Of a stretch of 64,000 nucleotides of DNA, positions 56,063-64,000 are shown in pieces. The notes below the pieces were generated by a model. It saw only the letters and a program-made list of their open reading frames with translations. It did not search any database and was not told where the DNA came from. The DNA is from Calditrichia bacterium. Its GTDB lineage: Bacteria > Calditrichota > Calditrichia > JAJRVZ01. The DNA lies in NCBI GenBank assembly GCA_963796965.1, contig CAWCNS010000006.1, forward strand, positions 448,001 through 512,000, read 5' to 3'. A program made the position numbers and the translations under genes. Numbering within the stretch: the first letter of the stretch is position 1; each line of letters opens with the position of its first letter.

Positions 56063-57769
56063 TTAAAAAAGACTGGCTATGGTATTAACTACATACATTT
56101 TCTGGTCGGAATTTAACTCTGGGTAAATTGGAATGGCCAAAACTTCTTCAGCCGCTTTTTCTGCAATTGGAAAATCACCTTTTTGGTAATTAAGAAAAGA
56201 GAAACATTCTTGTTCATTTAAGGTAACAGGATAATAAATTTCACATCCAATATTATGCTTACGCAAATGCGCAATAAGATCATCCCGCTTAGAAGATCGG
56301 AGAACAAATTGGTTAAAAATATGACGATAGCCCTTGCGAATGATAGGTAATCCTAAATCGCTATCGAGATTTTTTCCCTTAAGCATTGCACAATATTCAT
56401 TGGCATTGGCCTGTCTACCTTCTGTCCATTGATCAAGATATTCGAGTTTGATCGATAGTACAGCAGCCTGGAGGGCATCGATGCGAAAGTTTCCTCCAAC
56501 AATTTGGTGATAATATTTCGGTTCAGATCCATGTACGCGTAATTTGACCAGTTTTTCCGCCAGGTTATTATCATTGGTAACAACCATTCCGGCATCACCG
56601 AATCCACCCAGGTTTTTGCTTGGGAAAAAGGAAAAACAACCCATATGGCCGATTGAACCAGCTCGTTTTCCATCCTTATATTCGGATCCGATTGCCTGGG
56701 CGGCATCTTCAATAACAAAAAGTTTATGCTTTCCGGCGATTGACATTATTGGGTCCATATCCGCTAACTGGCCAAATAAATGGACTGGGATAATTGCTTT
56801 GGTTTTATTTGTAATAGCGGCTTCAATTTTTGCGGGATCAATGTTATAGGTATCAGGTTCAATATCGACAAAAACAGGTGTAGCATTTAATCTTGAAATC
56901 ACACCAGCAGTTGCAAAAAAACTGAATGGGCTTGTAATAATCTCATCACCGGGGCCCGCATCAATTGCCATTAAGGCAATCAATAATGCATCTGTTCCGG
57001 ATGAAACACCTATCCCATGTTTGCATTGTGAATATTCAGAAATCTTTTCTTCCAATGCTTTGACTTGTGGCCCGAGAATAAAATATTGTGAGTCAAACAC
57101 TTCCTTCATAACGGGCTCAACTCTTTCTCTGATGGTGGCATATTGTGCCTTTAAGTCCAGAAGTGGCACTGAATTGACCGCCCTGTTTTCCTTCTCTTGA
57201 ATCTCTTTTTCATTAACCATCAAATATTCCTTTCCACAAGCCGTACATTTAGTTTCTTTTAAATTGTTGAATTGGAGACGGATCCCGCAGTTACACATCC
57301 AACCTATTATCTTGCCTGGGTTACCAACAACGAGAGCAAAATCAGGAACGTCTTTTGTTACAACCGCGCCGGCACCGATAAAAGAAAATCGCCCAATATC
57401 ATTTCCGCAAACAATGACAGCATTGGCACCAATGGACGCCCCCTGCTTAACAAGTGTTCTTTGATATTCATCACGTCTGATAACATGACTTCGGGGATTA
57501 ACAACATTGGTAAATACCATCGATGGACCCAGGAAGACATCGTCCTCACAAATCACGCCCGTGTAGACCGATACATTATTTTGGATTTTTACATTATTTC
57601 CTAACTCAACATCGGGAGAGATGACAACATTTTGACCAATATTACATTTGTTACCAATTTTGGCCTTTTGCATTATATGCGAAAAATGCCAAATCTTTGT
57701 CCCTTCTCCAATCTCACAAGGTTGGTCAACATGACTCGATTCATGGACAAAATAATTCAACTCACTCAT
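56063..57769 (-). CDS. Fused WbpD/WlbB-like N-acetyltransferase and DegT/WbpE-like PLP aminotransferase
   Basis: Hexapeptide repeats 'IGEGTKIWHFSH..CNIGQNV..IQNNVSVY', CxCG..CxxCG; then 'SGTDAL', 'EDAAQAIG', 'SFFPSKNLG'. Confidence 0.88.
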   Translation of the reverse strand: MSELNYFVHESSHVDQPCEIGEGTKIWHFSHIMQKAKIGNKCNIGQNVVISPDVELGNNVKIQNNVSVYTGVICEDDVFLGPSMVFTNVVNPRSHVIRRDEYQRTLVKQGASIGANAVIVCGNDIGRFSFIGAGAVVTKDVPDFALVVGNPGKIIGWMCNCGIRLQFNNLKETKCTACGKEYLMVNEKEIQEKENRAVNSVPLLDLKAQYATIRERVEPVMKEVFDSQYFILGPQVKALEEKISEYSQCKHGIGVSSGTDALLIALMAIDAGPGDEIITSPFSFFATAGVISRLNATPVFVDIEPDTYNIDPAKIEAAITNKTKAIIPVHLFGQLADMDPIMSIAGKHKLFVIEDAAQAIGSEYKDGKRAGSIGHMGCFSFFPSKNLGGFGDAGMVVTNDNNLAEKLVKLRVHGSEPKYYHQIVGGNFRIDALQAAVLSIKLEYLDQWTEGRQANANEYCAMLKGKNLDSDLGLPIIRKGYRHIFNQFVLRSSKRDDLIAHLRKHNIGCEIYYPVTLNEQECFSFLNYQKGDFPIAEKAAEEVLAIPIYPELNSDQKMYVVNTIASLF

Positions 57770-57787
57770 AAAAATTCCTTGTTACAA

Positions 57788-58711
57788 TCAAATGATTTTT
57801 TCTTTAATGGAATAAGATCCTTCCTCACCCTTCAAATTAGTTATCATTTCTCCGATTAATCCAATCGAAAAAGACTGCATACCTACAATCATTAATAGGA
57901 CACCTAAAAAAAGCAGCGGTCGATTACCGATTCCGTGTCCCATAAACCAAAGTACACTCAAATAAAAGGAAATAATAAATCCAAGTGTAAGTGAACCAAG
58001 ACCAAAAAATCCGAAGAGATGCAGTGGTTTTTGACGGTAGCGGGTTAAAAAGAGAACGGTGAATAAATCAAAAAAACCATCAAAAAATCGCCGCAGACCA
58101 TATTTTGTCTCTCCATATTTTCGGGGATGGTGCTGAACAACAACCTCCCCGACTTTAAAGCCCTTCCAATGAGCCAAAACAGGCAAATAGCGGTGAAGAC
58201 TTCCATATACAGGAATTTCTTTAATGACCTCCTGCCGGTATCCTTTTAGTCCACAATTAAAATCATTTATCTTAATTCCCGTCAGACGAGAAGTAATAAA
58301 GTTGAAAAGTTTAGACGGAATGGTTTTTCCAAGGGGATCAAATCTTTTCTTTTTCCAGCCGGAGACAAGATCATATCCACTTTTTATTTTATCAATAATA
58401 TTTGGTATTTCAGCAGGATCATCCTGAAGATCAGCATCCATGGTGATGATAATATCACCCTCAGCTAATTTAAAGCCTTCAGATAATGCGGCACTTTTAC
58501 CGTAATTTTTTCTGAAGCTGAGAATTTTAATGTCTGGGTATTTTAAATGCAATTCTTTTAATTTATCGAGTGATTTATCTGTGCTACCATCATCGATAAA
58601 ACATATTTCAAAAGTTTGCTTTAGGTTTGAAAAAGACTCATTAATTTGTGCTATTAATTCCTGTAAAGATTCTTCTTCATTATAAAGGGGTATAACAATG
58701 GAAACATCCAT
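57788..58711 (-). CDS. GT2 glycosyltransferase (DPM/ArnC-like)
   Basis: 'VIPLYNE', 'DDGSTD', 'MDADLQDDP', 'DFNCG', two C-terminal TM helices. Confidence 0.9.
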   Translation of the reverse strand: MDVSIVIPLYNEEESLQELIAQINESFSNLKQTFEICFIDDGSTDKSLDKLKELHLKYPDIKILSFRKNYGKSAALSEGFKLAEGDIIITMDADLQDDPAEIPNIIDKIKSGYDLVSGWKKKRFDPLGKTIPSKLFNFITSRLTGIKINDFNCGLKGYRQEVIKEIPVYGSLHRYLPVLAHWKGFKVGEVVVQHHPRKYGETKYGLRRFFDGFFDLFTVLFLTRYRQKPLHLFGFFGLGSLTLGFIISFYLSVLWFMGHGIGNRPLLFLGVLLMIVGMQSFSIGLIGEMITNLKGEEGSYSIKEKII

Positions 58712-59011
58712 CTTATCTTCCAATCATTGAGTTTAGTTTCGTTGATTTGCTATATTAAAACGTAAATAATTCATTTCTCACAAAGACACAATGAGTTGCT
58801 TTAAAAGATTTATGTGAGAAAACTGAATTTGACTCATAGTTTTTAATTAAATGTTTCTTTGTGGTTTAATGTCATCGCGTGTCCCGCATGGGCGGGAGTG
58901 AATAGATCTGTATAAGATAGTTTTTTTCCAGCCGAGCAAAATATCCTGAAAAATTTTTCAAATAATCGATGGTTATAAATTTACGCAGTTCTAATTAAGA
59001 TTATCAACTCT

Positions 59012-59776
59012 TTAGGGAAGATAATTCATCTGTTCAGCGTGATCAGAAATCTTAAGAATAAATTTTTCGGGTTCAATCACTTCATTTAGAGTGATCCGGG
59101 TATAAAATACAGAAACCGCTTGTTTTTTTACCGGGCGAATCATATTGATTTTTCTAGGAAAATAAAGGTCATTTGAGTGAAAAAAATTTCCATACTCACG
59201 TGTGGTTGTTGATTTGCTATCTCTCACGTTTGTTATTTTTGTTATTCGACCAATAGAATTATCTATCCAGATTGTATATTTGTTCTCATGGTTTTCGGCC
59301 TCAATAAGATATAAGTCATCTTCTATTGTATAGTCAGCAATCTTCATCGATGGCAAATTCTCTTTTGCAGCAAAAATATGGACGAGCTCAGTCAATTTTA
59401 AAGGAAATTGAAAAAAATTCTGATCCTCGAAATCGTTTATTGATCCATTATAAAATTTATTGGTCAATTGATTGTAAAAAATGAAACGATCTTTTCCAAT
59501 AAACAAAGTGCCGGCCTGAATACCAAATGGACCACTGACTGATAAGAGCAACGAATCATTATGTGTATAATAAACAGATGCAAAGAAATTCCCACTAAAT
59601 TCTTCTGAATCAACAGAAATTCGACAACTTGCCTGTAAAGTGGTGATTTTATTCTGCTCAGCATCGATGAAATCTAACAATTCATTAATGGTGACTTTTT
59701 TGGTGTCGAGAGCAATTTTGGGGCTTGTACAGGAAGAAATTAATAAAATAATAATGGGAAGTAGTCTACATATCAT
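59012..59776 (-). CDS. DUF4292-like (LolA/LolB-fold) lipoprotein
   Basis: Lipobox 'LISSC', 'DSLLLSVSGPFGI'; sits downstream of a TPR lipoprotein. Confidence 0.65.
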   Translation of the reverse strand: MICRLLPIIILLISSCTSPKIALDTKKVTINELLDFIDAEQNKITTLQASCRISVDSEEFSGNFFASVYYTHNDSLLLSVSGPFGIQAGTLFIGKDRFIFYNQLTNKFYNGSINDFEDQNFFQFPLKLTELVHIFAAKENLPSMKIADYTIEDDLYLIEAENHENKYTIWIDNSIGRITKITNVRDSKSTTTREYGNFFHSNDLYFPRKINMIRPVKKQAVSVFYTRITLNEVIEPEKFILKISDHAEQMNYLP

Positions 59777-61556
59777 GCCTGATATTTTCAATTTTCTCTA
59801 TTAACCTTTCGTTATCCTCATCTATTTCAAGGGCGCGTTTCCAGAGATTACGCGCTTCATCAATTTCACCAAGTTTAAGATAGACATCCCCAAGATGTTC
59901 CACGACGACGGCACTTTCTTCTTGCTGCTCGACAGAGCGTTTGATATGAACAAGAGCAAGGTTATATCGTCCTAACTTATAGTAAATCCAACCAATGGTG
60001 TCCTGATAAGCACTATTATCTGGTTCGGCTTCAACCGCTTTCCTGGACATTTCTAACGCATATTCTAACCTTTCAGATCTTTCGGCAAGAGTATAAGCAT
60101 AATTATTTAAAAAAAGCGGATTATTGGGGTAAACTTTGAGAGCTTTTTCATAAAGACTATCACATTTATCATATATGCGGAGCTCATCATACAGCATACC
60201 AAGTGTGCTGATTGCATTATAATTTTCCGGGTCAATTTGTAATGCCCTCTCCAGGGTACTTACAGCCTCATTTTTTCGCTCCAACCTGTTTAATGAAAAT
60301 CCATAAGAGACCAATGTGTTCGTGTTTGTAGAATCAATCCTCACGGATTTTTCAAATTGAAGTATGGCTTCCTTGTCCCGGTCCAATCTCTGCAGAGCAA
60401 TACCATGAAAAGTTAAGAGAAACGGGTCATTGGGAAGATATTTCAAAGCATGCTGATAATGAATTTCAGCTTTTTCAAGGCTATCAGCATCGGAGAGCAC
60501 AAAACCCTTAAAGATCCAACCGATCCTGTTTTTAGGATCAAGATCAATTATTTTTTGAAAGTTAATGGCAGCTTCATTATAGTTTTTCATTCCCCATTTT
60601 ACTCGACCTAGTAGGTCATATGTCTGCCAGGGAGTGTCTTTTTCCTGTGCTAGCGGGAGAAGTATGGATTCAGATCTTTGAAGATCACGATCTTCCTTGG
60701 AAAGGTAGGCATCTGCAATTGCCAACCTGTAGATCGTTGCATAAGAGGTATCTGCATAGGGTGAAAACAATTCAATTAATTCTGTCCATCTTTCTTCTTT
60801 ACGGCAAATATGATAGATTCTTTCAGCGGCTTCGGGCACCTGGGGTGCAATATAGAGTGCCTGACTATATGCGTCTAATGCAGGATCTATATTGTCTTTC
60901 AGCTCATGGGCCATACCGATACTATACCACATACTGGCATTTGCGGAATCAGCATGAACATACAGCTCGAATAAAGCCAATGCTTCGTCCACTTTTCCAT
61001 TTTTAAGATATATCGTTGCGGCTTTGCGCACCCAATCTTCATCCTCACCATATATATTGATCATTTCTTCATATTGTTGGGCAAGACCAATATCATTATT
61101 ATTCTTTCGATATAATAGAAGCAGACGGCTACGTGCATTCTCATCGAGAGGATTAATCTCAAGTACTTTTTTAAGATTATCAATTGCTCTTTTATCATCC
61201 TTTAGTCGATAGTGAGAATCTGCAATTAGTCGAATAGTCTCTGGTTCATCAGGACTAAGACGCAGTGATTTTTGCAGATAGCGCAGGGCGCTCTCATATC
61301 GTCCTAAAGCAATATGATTTTCAGCAATGCGATTATAAATTGTCGAGGAAGAAGAGTCGTATAACAAAGCCTGATAATATTCAATCAATGCATTTTCATG
61401 CTTATTTTCCAGCTCATAAAACATACCACTGGAAAAGTGATCGCGAGCCTTCATTTCGTGTCTGTGATCACTCTCGGTTTGATGATATATCTGCTGTTTG
61501 GAGCAACTCAAAAATGAGAAAATAATCAGCAATAATATGTATAGATATTTTTTCAT
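59766..61556 (-). CDS. TPR-repeat lipoprotein
   Basis: Lipobox 'FLSC'; many TPRs; 'LNNYAYTL', 'YQDTIGWIYY', 'EHLGDVY'. Confidence 0.9.
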   Translation of the reverse strand: MKKYLYILLLIIFSFLSCSKQQIYHQTESDHRHEMKARDHFSSGMFYELENKHENALIEYYQALLYDSSSSTIYNRIAENHIALGRYESALRYLQKSLRLSPDEPETIRLIADSHYRLKDDKRAIDNLKKVLEINPLDENARSRLLLLYRKNNNDIGLAQQYEEMINIYGEDEDWVRKAATIYLKNGKVDEALALFELYVHADSANASMWYSIGMAHELKDNIDPALDAYSQALYIAPQVPEAAERIYHICRKEERWTELIELFSPYADTSYATIYRLAIADAYLSKEDRDLQRSESILLPLAQEKDTPWQTYDLLGRVKWGMKNYNEAAINFQKIIDLDPKNRIGWIFKGFVLSDADSLEKAEIHYQHALKYLPNDPFLLTFHGIALQRLDRDKEAILQFEKSVRIDSTNTNTLVSYGFSLNRLERKNEAVSTLERALQIDPENYNAISTLGMLYDELRIYDKCDSLYEKALKVYPNNPLFLNNYAYTLAERSERLEYALEMSRKAVEAEPDNSAYQDTIGWIYYKLGRYNLALVHIKRSVEQQEESAVVVEHLGDVYLKLGEIDEARNLWKRALEIDEDNERLIEKIENIRHDM

Positions 61557-61855
61557 GGGCGCATAATTTAATTGCACATCATAGTAATAACAAGTTTATA
61601 TTCCAAATCAACCAAATCGGCTTGATTTGCCCTCTTTTAATCCTTATTTTCGGGCCGAAATGTATTAAAGGACATGTTTAAACGGGTCATTTTGTGTATC
61701 TGTAAATTATTCGAACTTTTCACTCATTGGTTGTAAATCAGGATTACTCGTTCTTGTTAATTTATCTCTTAGTATTTTTATTTTATAGCTGTAAATTATA
61801 CCAGTTTTAATATAATTAATTATAGTATAGATCATATGAAATAGTTCCATTTGTT

Positions 61856-64000
61856 ATGAAAAGAAGAAGAAGAACCAACGCAACATCCACAAAGATTAAA
61901 CCAGTAACCCAGGAAACACCGGTATCGACTAATTTTCAGCCTTCAAAACCAGTGTCTAAAACGAAGCTCACTCTGGTGTGGTTTCTCCTAATAGTTATTA
62001 TCGGAGGCGGATCAGTATATCTTTACTATTTAAGTCAAGATCTGCCATCCCTTACAAAACTTGAAAACATTGATCCTGCTTTAGCTACAAAAGTATATTC
62101 TGAGGATGGGGAATTAATTGAGAGTTTCCATCTCAAGAATAGAACCATTACACCATTTAATAAATTTCCTGAAGAATTGATCGTATGCTTGCTCGCAACG
62201 GAAGATCGTCGTTTTTATAAGCATTGGGGTGTTAATGTTCTAAGTGGCTTCCGCTCCCTTTATGTTAACCTCACACATTTTGCGATAGTAGAGGGCAGTA
62301 GCACGCTAACAATGCAATTATCTAAAAATTTGTATTTTGGGTTGGAGCGGATCTGGTCTAGAAAGATTAAAGAAGTATTAACAACAATCCAGATTGAGCG
62401 TACGTATTCCAAGAATGAAATTTTGGAAATGTATCTTAATATTATGTTTTTTGGAAGTAATTCTTTTGGGGTTCAGGCAGCTGCTAAACGCTTCTTTTCA
62501 AAGGATGTTGAAGAACTTAAGATCGAGGAATGTGCTGTACTTATAGGTGTTCTAAAAGCCCAAACCCTCTATAACCCATTGAATAATCCGGAGAGATCGA
62601 TAAAAAGACGCAATATAGTTTTAAAAAATCTTGTCGAAGTCAATTATCTAACCCCGTCTCAATATGATAGTATCTCGGCAATACCTCTTAACCTAAATCC
62701 ATCATCTAATGATGGAAGTATCTCCCCATATTTTTCAGAATACGTTCGGCAACAATTAAACCGTTTACAAGATTCTCTAGATGTAAATGTATATGAAGAT
62801 GGTTTGCGTGTATACACAACCTTAAACACAAAGATACAAACTTTAATGAATGAAGCAATTGCAACAGAAATGCCCAGGTTGCAAGATCGTGTCAGACGAA
62901 AATCTGATATGTTGAAATTGAAAAAGACGCTTACTGATTCTCTTAAGTCAGATTCTCTTTTTAAAGAAATGACAACCGTTCAAATAGCATTTATTTGTCT
63001 TGATCCCTCCAACGGGCATATTTTAGGAATGGTGGGTGGTCGGGATTTTAAGAAATACAAGTTTAATCGTGCCACCCAAGCACCGCGACAACCAGGCTCT
63101 GCGTTTAAACCATTTGTATATATGGCAGCCCTTGATAATGGATATAGCCCGGCAGATGAATTTCTTAATCAGCCATTTGTTGAGATAAATGATGACGGAA
63201 CGCGTTGGACGCCTCATAATTATGATAATACCGTTTCGGGATATATGTCTCTTCGTGAGGCACTCAGACGTTCTAAAAATTTAGTTTCAATCAGACTCAT
63301 TCGGGAGATAACCCCTAAATTAGTTGCCGGTTATGCCACTAGGATGGGTATAACATCACCGATTCGTCCTGTGTCTTCGCTTGCATTGGGGACCTCAGAA
63401 GTTCGTCCAATCGAGTTAGTATCTGCATACGGGGTCTTCAGTAATAATGGGGTTCATGTGAAGCCCATTGCAATTACAAAGATCGAAGACAAAACGGGAA
63501 ATATTATCTATGTCAATCGAACAATTGGAAGAGAAGTCTTAAGTCCAGAAACAACTCAGATTATAAATAATATGTTGCAAGACGTTATGAATAAAGGGAC
63601 CGGGTACGGGGCCCGCCGTGATTATAAGTTTTTTGAAGCGGCTGGTGGTAAAACTGGTACGACAAATGATTATACAGATGCCTGGTTTGTTGGCTTTACC
63701 GCTCATTTGGCTACAGGGGTGTGGGTTGGTTTTGACGATCCAAGTCTTTCGCTTGGATCAGGAGAAACCGGAGCGCGAGCCGCGCTACCTTTATGGGCTA
63801 ATTTTATGGCGGCAGTATATGACTCGTTGGATTTCCCACCAAAAAAGTTTGCTGAATCACCAAATGTTATGACGGCTGTAATCTGCAAAGATACAAGGAA
63901 GTTAGCAACCTCTTATTGCCCTGAAACAATTGAGGAACTTTTCAACCTAAAATTTATTCCAACGGAAAAATGCGATCAACATGAGGGTCCGACTTCGGTT
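61856..64000 (+). CDS. Class A penicillin-binding protein 1A; runs off the window end and is absent from the ORF track
   Basis: My translation from ATG 61856 gives a TM anchor, 'ATEDRRFYKHWG', 'GSSTLTMQL', 'RKIKE', 'RQPGSAFKPF', 'GKTGTTND'. Confidence 0.92.
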   Translation, partial: MKRRRRTNATSTKIKPVTQETPVSTNFQPSKPVSKTKLTLVWFLLIVIIGGGSVYLYYLSQDLPSLTKLENIDPALATKVYSEDGELIESFHLKNRTITPFNKFPEELIVCLLATEDRRFYKHWGVNVLSGFRSLYVNLTHFAIVEGSSTLTMQLSKNLYFGLERIWSRKIKEVLTTIQIERTYSKNEILEMYLNIMFFGSNSFGVQAAAKRFFSKDVEELKIEECAVLIGVLKAQTLYNPLNNPERSIKRRNIVLKNLVEVNYLTPSQYDSISAIPLNLNPSSNDGSISPYFSEYVRQQLNRLQDSLDVNVYEDGLRVYTTLNTKIQTLMNEAIATEMPRLQDRVRRKSDMLKLKKTLTDSLKSDSLFKEMTTVQIAFICLDPSNGHILGMVGGRDFKKYKFNRATQAPRQPGSAFKPFVYMAALDNGYSPADEFLNQPFVEINDDGTRWTPHNYDNTVSGYMSLREALRRSKNLVSIRLIREITPKLVAGYATRMGITSPIRPVSSLALGTSEVRPIELVSAYGVFSNNGVHVKPIAITKIEDKTGNIIYVNRTIGREVLSPETTQIINNMLQDVMNKGTGYGARRDYKFFEAAGGKTGTTNDYTDAWFVGFTAHLATGVWVGFDDPSLSLGSGETGARAALPLWANFMAAVYDSLDFPPKKFAESPNVMTAVICKDTRKLATSYCPETIEELFNLKFIPTEKCDQHEGPTSV

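Noticed and set aside
1..64000. CRISPR array, rRNA/tRNA, prophage, transposase, and the many 60-130 aa ORFs overlapping larger genes
   Set aside because: No regularly spaced repeat-spacer units or hallmark genes were seen; the short ORFs are antisense or out-of-frame shadows of well-supported genes

Overview
AT-rich bacterial chromosome segment from a diderm organism with FCB-like envelope genes (T9SS-type C-terminal domains, a PorV/PorQ-family barrel, DUF4292 plus TPR lipoproteins). Calditrichota/KSB1-like ancestry is an inference. Most of the window is housekeeping and envelope genes: MacAB-like and NatAB-like ABC systems, AmgK-RapZ/MurU recycling, murB, murA, an lpxH-like gene, nrdJ, pckA, pgm, a WbpD-WbpE fusion, a GT2 and PBP1A. 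The most interesting locus is 13.5-25.5 kb. It holds a TonB-dependent receptor with no SusD, a ~1130-aa acidic Ca-binding-repeat protein ending in a T9SS-like CTD, a dedicated PorV/PorQ-family barrel and a PPIase-like protein, with a divergent FG-GAP/T9SS cargo gene next to it. Intergenic DNA is full of REP-like and periodic inverted-repeat elements, some nested, and one 67-bp inverted pair brackets the lpxH-like gene. At least 11 single-base frameshifts break otherwise intact genes and are most likely long-read sequencing errors. I recognised no rRNA, tRNA, CRISPR array, transposase or prophage.
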